The notes below the pieces were generated by a model that made no database searches, had not been told where the DNA came from, and saw nothing but the letters and a program-made list of their open reading frames with translations. From NCBI RefSeq assembly GCF_030684315.1, contig NC_081368.1:43725734-43789733 (forward strand): a DNA stretch of 64,000 bases, given 5' to 3'. The translations under genes were made by a program, and so were the position numbers. Source of the stretch: Stegostoma tigrinum. Its lineage: Eukaryota. Below are positions 1 to 13,436 of this stretch, piece by piece (position 1 is the first letter of the stretch; each line of letters begins with the position of its first letter).

Positions 1-199
1 AGAACAAAGTGTGTAGCTGGATGAACACAGCAGGCCAAACAGCATCTCAGGAGCATAAAAGCAGACGTTTCGGGCCTAGGTCTAGGCCTGAAATGTCAGC
101 TTTTGTGCTCCTGAAATGCGATGCTGCTTGACCAGCTGTGTTCATCCAGCCCCACCCTGTTATCTTGGATTTTCCAGCATCTGCAGTTCCCATTATCTC
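1..199. mobile_element. Palindromic PLE-terminus mini-element
   Basis: 1-79 is the reverse complement of about 82-165, with the symmetry centre at the CTAG of hammerhead stem II. The right arm carries the ~35-nt tail ending GCAGTTCCCATTATCTC. Confidence 0.85.
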
Positions 200-392
200 A
201 GTGCTGGGTCCACTGCTTTTAGTCACTTATAGATGATTTGGATGTGAATATAGGTGTGGTTAGTAAGTTTGCAGATGACACCGAAATTAATGGAGTTGAG
301 CACAGTGATGGAGGTTATCTCGGTGTACCAGGGGACCTTTGATCAGCTGGGCCAATGACCTAAACAGTGGCAATAGTGTTCAATTTAGATTT
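200..392 (+). mobile_element. CR1-type LINE RT fragment
   Basis: Degenerate translation SVLGPLLL...DDLD...VSKFADDT. Confidence 0.75.
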
Positions 393-401
393 ATTGAAAG
401 A

Positions 402-520
402 GTTGAAATGGTTTGTGACTGGGAGGTGCAGTTGTTTATTGCAAACCAAGCCTAGGTGTTCTGCAAAGCAGTCCCCAAGCCTCTGCCTCTGATGTAGTGG
501 AAGCCACACTGTGTACAGCA
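402..520 (-). mobile_element. PLE GIY-YIG fragment
   Basis: Matches 16199-16320 (GAAATGGTTTGTGACTGGGAGGTGCAGTTGTTTATTGC...). Confidence 0.8.
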
Positions 521-1162
521 CTGATCTTTGCAATCACAGGTTTCCAGTCTGAAAAATAACCCTCTACCACCACTTTTTCTTGAATCACCACTTTCTATAT
601 ACTGTTAGAAAGTGATTTCCAGGATTTTGTAACTGCATTATTTTAAATTCCAAAGTTAGGATTTTATGTGACTTCCATTGAAAATTATAGGTGTTGTGTT
701 CCTCTGCTGTCTTTCTAGAAGGTAAAAAAGGTAATGGTCAAAGGAGCCCTGGTGAGTTTGAATAATAGAATGGAATCCCTTTGTGCAGAAAGAGGCCATT
801 TTATTCATTGGAGACTCAAAAGAACACACATCCAGACAGCCCCTCAGCCTATCCCCATAACCCCACATTTGTCACGGCTAACCTACCTAACACGCACATC
901 CCTGAACACAAGGAAATTTGACATGGTCATCCTGAGACATCACAAGACCCACAGACCTTTCTTTAAGAAAAAAAAAAATCAGTTATGCATCTTGAAATTC
1001 TGCCCTCTAATTGAATCTAAGTAGTTCATTGTCACAATTACAAATCAAAATGGTCAATCTGAGAACATTAAAAACATACAGCCAGCCAAGTTGACAAGTC
1101 AGGCAAAGAATCCTGAAATTTCAAACTGAGAAGTTGTGCAAAGCCAAAAAAGGGAGTATTAA

Positions 1163-1878
1163 GAGGGTTTCAGAGACAGTAGGAACTGCAGATGCTGGAG
1201 AATCTGCGATAACAAGGTGTAGAGCTGGGTGAACACAGCAGGCCAAGGAGGACCAGAGGAGTAGGAAGGCTGACATTTCAGGCCTAGACCCTTCAGAAAT
1301 GTGGGAAGGGTAGGAGGTTCTGAAATAAATAGGGAGGGGAGGGGAGGGGAGGGGGGAGGGGGAAGAAAGGAGAAAGAGGTGGAAAGATGGGATAGAGATG
1401 ATGGGTGGAGAGGAGACAGACAGGTCAAAAGAGGGAGGGATGGAGCCAGTAAGAAGTGGGGAGTTAGGGAGGAGATAGGTCAGTCCAGGGAAGACTGACA
1501 GGTCAAGGAGGTGGGATGAGGTTAGTAGGTAGGAAGTGGGAGTGGGGCTTGGAGGTGGGAAGTTTCAAAATCTCCCTTCCCCCTACTGCATCCCAAAACC
1601 ACCCCAGCTTGACCCACCTCAAGCCCCACTGCCACATACTAATATCATCCTGCCCCTTTGACCTGTCTGTTCTCCCTGGACTGACCTATCTTCTCCTTAA
1701 CTCCCCACCCCCACCTCTTTCACCTCTCCACTTATCTTCTCTATCCACCTCCCCTCTCCCTCTATTTCAGAACCTCCTTTCCTTCCCCCCCCATTTCTGA
1801 AGGGTCTAGGCCTGAAATGTCAGCCTTCCTGCTCCTCTGATCCTGCTGTGCTCTTCCAGCTCTACACCTTATCATCTT
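1163..1878. mobile_element. Inverted pair of PLE 3' termini
   Basis: Minus arm about 1172-1560 and plus arm 1561-1878, with a 12-bp TSD AGGGAGTATTAA at 1151-1162 and 1879-1890. Confidence 0.88.
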
Positions 1879-3467
1879 AGGGAGTATTAAAATTAAGTTA
1901 TTTAAACAAACAATTAACTGGACACTTGCAATAGGACAATTTTCTCCATCATGGAGAAGTGGGGATGCTTGGCAATTATGTAATGTTCAATATTATTTGA
2001 CTGCTTCAGCATCCTAACAGTTGTATGTTCAAGTGCAACAAGAACTGGACAGTACCCAGGCTGGCAAGTAACACTGCACACAGTCTCTTACGGGGCCGGG
2101 CCAGGGAAGAGCGCGCACGTGTCGGGGGTGCAGGGGAAGGGAAGAAAGAGAAGGGGGTGGTGGTTAAGTTGACTCCAAAAAAAAAAAAGCTGAATTCCCT
2201 CAATTTAGGGCTAGCCAGAAGCTGAAGTGGCCACAAGTCAAAAGGATAGGAATGCTGCACCAAGTTACACACCTGACTCCCCAAAGTCCTTCCACAGGAC
2301 AAGTCAGGAGTGCAATGGAATACTCCCCACTTGCATGGATGAGTGTAACTCCTATATTAGATGCTTGACACCATCAGGCCAAAAGCAACCTGCTTGATTA
2401 GCACCATATCCATGCTATGACAAGTGGATACAGTATACACTAGCCACAAGATGCAGAGAAGTTAGGTAGTGATTAAGTAGCACCTTCAAAACTCAACCAC
2501 TTCCATTTGGAAGAGGGAATCAAATATATAGAAACGTTGCAATGTCCAAGTTTCCGAGCCAATCACCATCCTGACTTGGAAGTATCCCTTCTTTCATCAA
2601 TGGGGAGTGCATTCCAGGTTTTGCCCCAGCAGCACTATGGGCCTACCTACTGCACTCAAATGCAATTAATAAAAAAGGTGACACTTACCACCTCAAGTCC
2701 AACTAGAGATGGGTAATAAAAGTTTGTGGTAGGATGTGCAGATACACTCTGGCCAGGATGTTTTGGGCTAACCATGTTCAGCTGTTTCAATGACCTTCCC
2801 TTAGAAGGATGTAAGTGTGACTATTCAAATGCAACTCATTAACATTTACAAAGTTGGATACAAATAGTGCATCCGAAATGGAAGTTTGGAAATAATTAGC
2901 TAAAAATACAATGAAATTTTAGAACCATAGACAGACAGACTTCAGTCCAACCAGTCCATCATCCCAAACTGGTCTGTTCCTGACCTATATCCTGCCAGAC
3001 TTTTCCTAGTCATGTACAAACTCAGAAGTCTTAAATGTTGTAATTGTACCCACATCCACCACTTCCTTGGGAAATTCATGCACATGTGAACCACCCTTGT
3101 CTTTCAATCTTTCTTGCACCTTGATGTGCCCCCCCAGTCTTAATTGTCCATCCTGGGGAGAAGACTACCAACTGTATCCCTTGTTTTAGGAGCTCAATGT
3201 CACAACTTCTATACTCCAGGTTTAAAATCCAGTCTTTTATAAAAAGGCTTCTACACCTGGCAAATCTGGAATGGAGAGAAAACAAAAACAGACTAGCTAT
3301 AAGTGAGATTGGAGGCCAAGAAATTCTTTAGCATGTACTCACCATATTCCTGAAAGAAAGTTTGACACCACCCAGGCAAGTTACACAGCTTAACTGTTAC
3401 CTTTCAAAAAGCACTTTACAAAGCACTTTACATGGGGAGAACTGCCACCTCAGATGTTCTAAACAAA

Positions 3468-3591
3468 CAATACCAGCACTTGAGGCTCACTATTACCTAG
3501 AATGGTGACAAAACATCTGAAAACAAATCTTCCAGCAAGCAAACTTACATCCAGAACCTCAACCTGAGCTACAAATCTTCTCAAAGCTTGC
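3468..3591 (+). mobile_element. 124-bp insertion with TSD, probable second PLE-family terminus
   Basis: A perfect 13-bp TSD TGTTCTAAACAAA lies at 3455-3467 and 3592-3604. There is an internal hairpin TTACC-TAGAAT-GGTGA followed by CAAAACATC. Confidence 0.65.
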
Positions 3592-4075
3592 TGTTCTAAA
3601 CAAAAGAGCGTTCCAAAATAGCAATCCTTCTGAAGGACTACTTGGCTTAAAAAGTCTGATCTCCGTGAGGAGCTATTTCACTAGCTAGTTTCCTCTTGTT
3701 TCTCTGGAGGATAGTGCAACCCATGAGACAGTTGTATTTATTGGATTATCTGTCTGTGTTGTCATCATGGCCCACTTTAGTGAGTGCAATTATATGGTTT
3801 AAATCCTCAAAGTAATGGAGGAAATTCAACATCCCTTTTAGGCTCAATAAAAGGGCCTTCAAAAGGTATTGGTAGTCTATTTCTGATAAGAACATCCCAG
3901 CTCCACCTGTTCCAATTATTACAAAATGTCTGACTAGGTTGATACTTTGGCTATTACAGTTTTAACCATTGAATTTGTTTAAATAAAGTGAAAATTGAAG
4001 TCTCAGGAAGATACCAAATTCTGAGATTGTCTCAAATAAGAGAAATTAATCCTGCTTTAGACAAAGTCAAGCCAT

Positions 4076-4140
4076 TTTATTTATTGAGTATGCAAGTTAG
4101 ACAAGACAGTACAAAATGATCTTCAAACTGGGAATAAAAA
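4076..4140 (-). promoter_or_regulatory. Candidate BMP15 polyadenylation signal with upstream CPE
   Basis: Two overlapping minus-strand AATAAA (4085-4076) and a TTTTTAT about 50 nt upstream (4140-4134), at the end of about 1.4 kb of repeat-poor sequence after the stop codon. Confidence 0.4.
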
Positions 4141-5510
4141 TAGCTTAGTTTACAACACTTTTGCTTAGTGTACACAAATGCTTAGATTCAAGAGTTTTGC
4201 ATTGGTAGCCTATAACATGCAATATTTCAATTTAAAGATATTTTAATACAAATGGGAGGGCTGAAAGCAAAGTGCAAAAATCATAACTCACTCAGACCAC
4301 CTAGTTTAGTGCATCCATGTTCAAACTTCTGTTTACTTTTGAATATTGTAAAACAGACAAATGAGTATGCTAGCCCACAGAAATCACTTGTACATGGAAA
4401 ATGTTGATGTGTAGTGCAAATGTTTGAAGTTTGTTAGAAATACAGCAAAAGTGACAAGACCAGCATAGTAAGTAATTCAGACTTTAGTACAGTTTAATTC
4501 TACCTACATACACTTCAGATTAAGCTAGCCCTTTGAACTACAGTAGCCAAAAATACTGCAATTTCAGTTCCAATCTCTGGGCACTGTAGAGTTTAAAAGT
4601 TAAGATGCAAAAGTTTGGTTTAAAACCAAAGTGCATTAGCCATTTAAAATTCTTATGGTTCCATTGTATACAATCCCTAGTGAACAAACAATAAATCGCT
4701 CACTTAAGTGAGTTACCCCCCACCCTCCCCAATTGTTTGGTGCTTCCCTCAGCTCTCACCCACCTGCTGGTCACCACACCCTTGTATTATCTTGTGCATC
4801 ATCTGATGAAGAGAGGTACCTACAACGAAGGTAATTTTTACTCAGGACTTCCTGAATCACCTAGTGAATTACCCTCAAGTGAAACTACAGCTGAAGCAAT
4901 AGCAAGTTCCCATGATATGGCTTAAAAAGGTTACTGCAGCTCAGGTGAAGTAACTTTGTTGGAATCCTAATTCTGGAGGAGTTAAAATTTGAGTATTTAC
5001 ATTTTCTTGAAAGGATTCTTTTTTCAATGGGTCAACAGTATTAGACTTGACAACTTTAATATAAAAGATTGACAAAGTTTAGCATAAACTGGAAGTGATA
5101 TTTACAAAATCACAATTATAAATACATTAAATCTAGACTACAGAATCAATTTCTTGCCACATCAAGTATATTGGTCTCAACACTTTCATTGTCTTTGCAG
5201 AAGGTTCTTGGGACACCCACTTTGCCTTTCCTCCCTGCTGCAGTCTTTGCAAAGCTAAACTTGAGATACTGAAGGGCTACATTTGCACCATGAACTCAGG
5301 TTGCCATAAATGTAGGAAGAGTGTAGAAATAAGCCTTCACTGCAATTAAATTCAACAGCAAGCCATTTTATGACTTGCTTTGATCAATGTGATTACATAA
5401 ACATGACCAGACCAATTTACTTTGCACATTTTATGTTAACTATGTCAGTGCACTCAATATTTTCCTAAACTAGCCCCAAATTATCTAGAATTGACAATAG
5501 GCACTAAAGT

Positions 5511-6379
5511 TTATTTGCAAGTACAAGACACAGCAATCATGTCCTTGTACTCTTTGTACACAATGTGATCATTTTGTTCCTTCAGCAGGACACTAATTGG
5601 ACTGTATTTCAGAGGGACACAAGATGGACGGGGCACATGTTTATCAACAATTTCATTAATAAAATTCTGCACTATGGCATGATTTGGAGAGTGGTAACCA
5701 TAGTGAAGAATTCTAGGACAGTCTCCCCTGCAGAATTTTGGATTGTACCTATGAGGAGCCACAATCCAATGATCCCAACCCAGTTGCTCAAAGCTTACCC
5801 AGAATGAATGGAGCTTGCATTTGTTCCTTGGAGGACTCGTAAGATAGTTAGGAACGACTGAGCCAATGTTGCTTAGTTGTCGTGGCTTCCTAGACAGGAC
5901 ACGGGATTTGGATGAACCCTCTAGAGATTGTTTTTCTGATTTTTCTTGTCTTTGATGTGCAGTTTTATCTGTGTCATTTAAATATAGTAGCAGAGAAGGC
6001 ACTTGTAAATGGACAGCATAGTTTTTTCTTTTGTCCAGAGTTCTTTCTTTGACTTTTCCAAATTCAGCACACTTGTAACTGATATGCAGATCCACTTTCT
6101 TCACAGAATTACCAGTTGGGAGAAAGACACAAGGAGTTACATCAGCTTCTGCCCATCGTTCATTCAGGTTTAATATAAACCTTATGGGCAATTCTATGTC
6201 AGTGGCATTCTGTATGAAGTTTAGATTAACATAGTTTGCAAGGAGACATCTGATTTCACAAGAGACTAAGAGTTGATTGGCAAGAGGACTGTGCAAATAA
6301 ACAACAACAACTTTAATCAAGTGCTCCAGCTCTGGAAGATAATGCAGATTGTATTGAACATGATGCACATGCCAATGAC
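5511..6379 (-). CDS. bmp15: BMP15 exon 2 (rest of prodomain, furin site, mature TGF-beta domain)
   Basis: The acceptor TCTCTTTTTTTAG|GT at 6380/6379 restores frame (G-H-W-H-V). The exon has an RKPR|Q cleavage site and a mature domain CKLHSFWVSFEQLGWDHWIVAP...SPNHAIVQN...VPRPSCVP...YKEYKDMIAVSCTCK. Ser replaces the dimerisation Cys, as in GDF9/BMP15. Total CDS is 1233 nt (410 aa). Adjacency to SHROOM4 favours BMP15 over GDF9. Confidence 0.95.
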
Positions 6380-7214
6380 CTAAAAAAAGAGACAGACATT
6401 GGAAATGTTAGCAGGGATTCAGTGCATCTTACTAGCAATTTATAAACTTCAACATTTCTTAGTAGGATGATGGAGTAATCTAGGATACTGCAGACTAGCT
6501 AAAGTTTGAGAGGGGAGATAGTGGTGTTCCAAAGATACTAAAACATTGATTTAGTATTCAAAATTCAAGCCTAAACAATACTTAAATTTCAAGGACAGGA
6601 TAGATTACACAGCAATTAACATTTTAAAAAGAGTTCACATTCATGCCATTCATTCTTACACTCTTCAGTGTCATCTGAAAAAGATGAAAGGTGACACTAG
6701 AACCCCTAAAGTCTTGAATTCAAGTGGAAGCCATCCAGGGACAACTACTAAGAGTAGTAGAGATAAAAGGTTATTATTCAATTAGACAATTGTTAAATTC
6801 AAATTTTCAGACATTCCATTTTAATTCCAATAACCACATAAAACATTCCACTTTTGAAGTATTCATGTACATTTATGTTTACTGGATTGCACAGTATTCC
6901 CCCAAAGGGAAGAGATGGAGTCACACACCCTTAGCAAAGTTTCAAAGAGAACATTGAGCTAGTGAGATTCTGCAGAAACTTACAAGTGGCATTGGTTAAA
7001 TATCAGTTATAACTTGATTTGCAGAGTGCTTTTGCAAATCCTGGGTTTAAAATCAAAGCTAAAGTTATCCCAGCTCTAAAAAAAAGTTGATTGTGTAGTA
7101 GGCTAAACTCACTACCCACGATTACAGTTTACCAATGCAGTTTGAAAGACACTGATCAATAATATAATGCTTTCATTGAACTTAAAACTAAGGTTCTAGC
7201 GGATGTTGATTTAC

Positions 7215-7578
7215 CGGAGTCGGCGAGCAGGATACTTGCACTGGGTTTCACCAACCGAATAGTGTTAGTCATAATGGTCCGGTTAGCTTTAGGCTTCCCA
7301 TCACGATCTGCTAACTGCTTGTAGAGAGTGGCCATATATTCCATGTGTTGATCATCCATCCCTTGTTTCGAGGGCAGCGGAGGACGGGGACTAACTTTTC
7401 CAGCCAACATCTCGATAAGGGGACCGAGGTCTCTAATCTCCCTCTCGGCAGGCGCTTGTTTCTCCCCAGCCCCTCCATGCAAAGCTACAAGCTCCAGCAA
7501 ACAGATCAAAACTCGGAATACGTTACGGCTACGATTCCGATTCATCACCCAGCACATGTTAGCTGCTAATGGTATCAT
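7215..7578 (-). CDS. bmp15: BMP15 exon 1 (signal peptide and N-terminal prodomain)
   Basis: The ORF 7578-> has a hydrophobic signal stretch (VFRVLICLLELVAL) and a prodomain segment (HMEYMATLYKQLAD..GKPK.NRTIMTNTIRLVKP) resembling BMP15. It ends at a phase-1 donor G|GTAAAT (intron starts 7214). The true start could be a downstream Met (MCWVM). Confidence 0.9.
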
Positions 7579-9249
7579 AGTACAAGTTTCTGCAAATCAG
7601 GCAGGACCATAGCTCTGAGGCACTACTAAACTCTAACACGCTACCCGCAAGGCTCCATAAAGCAGTTTGTGCAAATTAGCTCCTCATTAAGGGGATCTCA
7701 TGTGATATGATTGAATCGATCCATTGTCAGTGACGTATTTAATTTCCATTGGCATAAGTTAATGACTTTGATCAGATTGGTGGCACGATTATATCTGTTC
7801 AATGTGACGCAAATTTTTTATGATTAAGGAGTTACACTTTCGGTATTTAGAAATTTATGACTTATTGTATCCAGATTTCAGAAAGTACCCGGTTAAAAGC
7901 CAATTACATTCTTAATTATCTTAAAAGCGACTTTTCATTAGAACTTGGCGGCCTCCGCAATTGGAGCATCAGCATCGGACAAGGATATTTTCACGTGGGA
8001 TGCAATTGACCATTCTAAAATGTCTCGATGGAAAACTATTCTTCCTTTAGAATGTTTTTCCTCAACCTGTTCCAACATATTATGACACACCTCTAGAGCA
8101 TATGGGACTTGAACCCAGGCCTTTGGCATAGACATAGAGACACTAACACAGTGCCTCAAGAGTCTGATCTCCTCCCTTTAAGCTGATAGTAAATATCAAC
8201 CATTAATTTGTTAAATGGCTGTAAAAATATTTTTTCATCTTGATAAAAAGATTGGAGGACCATGGTTGGCTGTTTGTACTGTTCAGCTAATATTAGAATA
8301 GTCATCATATTAATAAAGAAGCTGCCATGAACAAAATTATTCATAATTTTCTGATTTAAAATGATAAACATATATTCATATGATGCTCTTCCTGTAGAAA
8401 AATAAATCTTGGTTTTTTTATTATAATTTAATCAGGTTTCCTTCAGTTAACAAAAGAAAAATTTCATTAGTTACAAATTGTGAGGAAAAAAAACAAACAA
8501 ATGCATATATTACAATAAGGAGCAAGTCCGAAAAAAGTTTAAAAATAAATATATATGGTTCAATCCCAGAGTCATTTGTGAAGAAAAGACAGTAGAATGC
8601 TGTAGCTATTAAATGGAATGGTAACAACAGTATTAACAATCTCAAGATTCTTGGCTTTTCAAACTGATTGAAATTCTTTTGTTCTGGTTCCTTTTAACAG
8701 AGGCTGACTGGTAGAACACAGATTGAGAGACAATTTTTTTTTCTTTTCTTTATTTGCAGTGCCGGAGTTTTTAATGGCTGCTCCCAAGCTGTGACCTTCA
8801 TAACACATTGACCCACACTTCTGGCAGTCTTGTGATTTTTTTAACCCCTTTTTTGTAAATCTTTGGAAGGGTAAGATACAAACCTGACTGCAAGAGAGAT
8901 GTATGTTGTCAGTATCTCATCATCTTTTCCTTGTCAGTTTTACAGTTTGAAGTTTCCCTCACCCTGTACGGGTGTGAGATCCCATGGTTCCACAGAGGAC
9001 TCTGCCAGACAGTTACTGAATTCATATCCATAGTCCACTTTGGCAGTTGCAGTGTTCTTTTGAAAAATAATGTATTGAAATTAAAAGTTTAATATGTCAG
9101 CCAGCCAGACACTTCGAAGGAACATTACTGGCATGTATGTTTTTAAGGGGAAATCACAATTGACTATCTTGCTGGAACATTTTTTGAAAAGGTAACTGAT
9201 TTTCAGGATAATGTTGCTAATGTGTGCATGGACTTTCAGAACGTTTGAT

Positions 9250-11840
9250 AAAATGTCAACACAACAGACTTGTGAACAAAGTAAGATAATAGAATTAGAG
9301 AGACAGTAGCAACAGAGATACGACATTGGCTGAGTGATGGGAAACAGAAAGCAATAGATAATTGATATTTTTGGGCTGGAAGAAGGTATGAAGAGTAGTT
9401 CTGCATTGGTTGGTATTAGGACACTTAGCTTTCCTGTTGCATATTAAAAATCCGGATGTGCAGGAACATATCCCAAAGTTTCCGCAGAATACAAAATGTG
9501 GAGGCATTGAAAACTCTGAGGACAGTTGTGAACTTCAAAAGGCATTGATAAGTTGGTGGAATAGACAGATAGGTAACAGATGAAATGGTAGGGTCATGTA
9601 TTCATAGACGTTTACAGCTCAGTAAAAGGCCCTTTGACCCATCAAGTCTGCATAATCAAAAACAACTACCTAACTATTTTAACCCCATTTTCCAGCACCT
9701 GTCCCATAATCTTGGATGTCTTGGCATCTTAAGTATGCATCTAAATACTATTTAAATATTATGAGGTTTTCTGACTCTACCATACTTACAGGCAGTAACT
9801 TCCAAATTAACACTCTTCCCATCATCAATCTCCTGCTGTACCCTTAATGTATGCCGTCTGGTCATTGATCCCCCTTTAAGGGGAAAAGTTCCTTCCTGTA
9901 CCCTGTTTATGCCTGTCATAATTTTATACATGTCAACATGTCCCCCTCAGTTTATTCTACTTCAGTCTATCCAATCTTTGTTCTTCTCAAGCCAGGCAAC
10001 ATTCTGGGAAATCACTACCAGACCCTGTCCAGCGCAATCACATCCTTCCTATTATGCATATTCCAGAACTGCACACAATTATCTAGTTGTGGCCTTACCA
10101 ATATTTTTTATAGTTCAAGCATAACCTTCCAGTTCTTAAACTCTGTGACTTGTCTAATAAAGGCAGGTGTTCCGTATGCCTTCTTAACCACTTTATGTTC
10201 CCGTCCTGCTATCTTAAGGGACCCATAGACATGTATACCAAGGTCATAGAGTCATGCAACACAAAAACAGGCCCCCAAGTTTCCCAAATTAAACTAGTCT
10301 CATTTGCCTGCATTTGGCCCATATTCCTTCAAACTTTTCTTATTCATGTACTTGTCAAACTGTTTTTTAAATGTTGTAACTGTACCTGCCTCTACCACTT
10401 CCTCTGATAGTTCATTCCTTTTATCTTCAGTGTGAAAAATAACACAGTGTGGAGCTGGAGGAACACAGCAGGCCAGGCAGCATCAAAGGAGCAGAAAGGC
10501 TGACATTTCAGTTTGGATAACGAGGGTGTAGAGCTGAATGAACACAGCAGGCCAAGCAGCATCAGAGGAGCAGGAAGGTTGACATTTTGGGCCTAGACCC
10601 TTCTTCATTATTTTCTGAAGAAGGGTCTAGGCCTGAAATGTCAGCCTTCCTGCTCCTTTGATGCTGCCTGGCGTGCTGTATTCCTCCAGCTCCACATTGT
10701 CTTATCTCTGACTCCAGCATCGGCAGTTCTTACTATTTCTGTGTGAAAAAGTTGCCCTTCAGGTCCTTTTTAAAACTTTCCCATCTCACTTTAAACCTAC
10801 GCCCTCTAGTTTTGAACTCCCATACCAAAGAACAAGATCTTTGCTATTCACTTTATCTATGTCCCTCCATCTGATTCTTGCTGCTTGCCTGAGTCCTACT
10901 GTTTATCATGTGCTTCCTCTCCTTATCTGTCCTGCCCTAGTGCACCAATACACACTTATCCAGATTGAATTCCATTTGCAACTGATCAGCCCATCTAACC
11001 AGCTCGTCTATGCCCTTCTGTAACCTAAGACTATTCTACTTAGCATTTGCCACCCCACTAACATCTGTATCATCTGCACATTTACTGATCAACCCTCCTA
11101 CATTCAAGTTGAAATCTTCTATATGTGCACCACAAGCAACAAGAGCCCCAATACTTATCCCTGTGGAACAGCACTGCACATAGGCTTCCAGTCACAAAAG
11201 ACTCCTCGGCCATCACCCTCAGCTTCCTACCACACAGCTAATTCTGCATTCAATTAGCTAAATTTCCTTTAATTTATGGGCTCTTACCTTTGTTATTGCT
11301 CCCCCCCCCCATTGTAGGACCTTATCAAACGCCTTGCTGAAGACTGAGTCAACTGTGTCAAATGCATTGCCCTCATCCACACAAATAGTCATCTCTCCGA
11401 GCAGATTCCGCTCAATGCAAACAAGTGTGAGGTGATACATTTTAAGATAGTACAATGTGAAGGGTACGACTCCAAAGAGTGTGCAGGACAAGAAGGACCT
11501 GAGTGTACATGTGGGTAAGTCAGTAAAGATGACAGGACAGGCAGAGAGACCAGTTAATAACACACACTGTGTTCTATACTTTAATAATAATGGATAGAGT
11601 ACAATAACAAGGAGGTTATGTTGAACTTGTGTAAGACACTAGGTAACCCTCAGCTGGAGCATTGTGTACAGATCTGCATGCCATTCTTCAGGAAGGATAT
11701 GACCAAATTGGAAAGAGAGCAGAATAGATTTACAAGAATTTTTTCAGGGATGAGGAATTTTAGTTATGAAAACAGATTGGAGAAGTTAGGACTGTTTTCC
11801 TTGGAAAGGAGAAGGGTAAGGAGAGATTTGATAGAAGATA
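9250..11840. mobile_element. Cluster of nested CR1/HER1-like LINE fragments in both orientations
   Basis: Frames include D.V...FSKAFDKV (11258-11563 -) and KTL..PQLEHCVQ...LEKLGLFSLERRR.R.DLIE (11618-11881 +). Minus-strand 3' tails lie near 9605 and 10246. Confidence 0.8.
10440..10740. mobile_element. Palindromic PLE-terminus mini-element nested in a CR1 fragment
   Basis: Two minus arms (10440-10510 and 10516-10608) and one plus arm (10615-10740), with a 10-bp TSD GTGTGAAAAA at 10430-10439 and 10741-10750. Confidence 0.85.
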
Positions 11841-12764
11841 AACACCTAAGCAGGAACAGCAGTAGCAAGAGAGGAAGTTAAATTAAAAAGAGAGGGTGAA
11901 GAAAAACGAGACTGCATCTACTTCAAGTCACTAGTATCAATTGCCTTTTCAAAGGTTTTATAAAGTCAGGGGCAGCCAACACTGGTTAATTTATTAGGAC
12001 TGACTTCAGCTTCACAAAAACTGCTTGGCACTCTGCTTCCTGCACCACCTTTACCAGTTTTCATAACACACTTGTTAAAAGTAGAGATATTGTACTGGCG
12101 TTAGACACAGACTGCTGATAAAACCCACATATAAATAGAAATCTCATAATTTCCTGAATAGTTTTAAGAGTGAGGAATGCTATCAGAGTTTTCATCTTCA
12201 TTGTTCCTAACAACACTTGCCCTTCCCCTATCACATGTCCTGGATACCCTTGCTAATGCAAATTAACTTCTGGCAAAATAATTTGCTAAATCAGCAAATT
12301 ACAATTTCTTAAACCAAGATACTTTACATATTCTTCGCAGGTGTGTACCATAACATCTAAATGCCTTATGTCTACATGTATAACATATAAATAAATTACA
12401 CAATTAGGTACTTTAGATTCAGTTTGATTCATAAGTATTTGGAAAATAACTGGGACATTTTAAAAGATAAATAGCTCCACCTGTTAAAATCTACATGGTG
12501 TGAGGCTTTTGATGTTACTGGCATTTGGCAGTACCTCTTCAATAAACTTATCTTAGAATGGGTCACTGCCAACACTATCTTCTAACTAAGGAAGTAGGAT
12601 TGAATCAGTTTTCATCATTGCATTTAATTTTCTGTAATCTATGCAGTGTCACAATCTACTATGACAGCGCACTGATATTCAAGTATCACTGTTCTCAGGA
12701 TTGTCACAAAAGTTAATAATTTAAACAAACTACTTGAAGTGCCCAATTCCATTGTATTCACTTG

Positions 12765-13436
12765 TGTGATATGGGCTTTGCTTGCTGGGTCAACATTTAT
12801 TGCCCATCCCCAATTGCCTTGAGAAGGTGGTAGTAAGCTTCCTTCTTCACCTGCTGCAGTCCACGTCCTGCAGGTTGACCCGCAATGCCATTAGTGAGAC
12901 AATTCCAGGATTTTCACCAGTGACACTGAAGGAATGGTGATATTTTTCCAAGTCAGGATGCGAGTTGCATGTGGTAGTATTCCCATGTATTTACTGCTGT
13001 TGACCTTCTACGTGGAAGTGTGTCTTTGGTAAATTTTCGACGTTAATCATGTAGATAGTACACACTGCTGCTACTGTCCATCAGTGATAAATGGAATTGA
13101 TGGATGTGGTGCTAATCAAGCATCTTGGATGGTGTCAAGCTTCTTGAGTGTTGTTGGAGCTTCACCCATCCAGGCAAATGCCGAGTATTCCATCACACTT
13201 CTGACTTGTGCCTTGTAGGTGGTGGACAGGCTTTGGGGAGTCAAGAAGTGAGTTATTCACCACAGTATTCCTAGCATCTGACCTGCTTTTGTTTATTTGG
13301 TAAGTCTAGTTAGGTTTCTGGTCAATGGTAGTCCTAAGGGTGTTGGAAGTGGGGGTTTCAGTAATGCTAACACCACTGAATGTCAAGAGGTGGTGTTAGA
13401 TTGCCTCATATTGTAGATGGTCAGTTACCTGGCATT
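12765..13436 (-). mobile_element. 3' fragment of the same CR1-clade LINE
   Basis: Similar to 42690-43160. Related fragments lie at 2240-2730 (+), 34265-34670 (-) and 59560-59680 (-). Confidence 0.75.

Noticed and set aside
4803-4832. CTGATGA as a possible hammerhead in the BMP15 3' region
   Set aside because: There is no closing stem II or GAAA box at a suitable position.
7156-7214. C-terminal extension of the 140-aa ORF
   Set aside because: It is read-through into the BMP15 intron past the donor at 7214.
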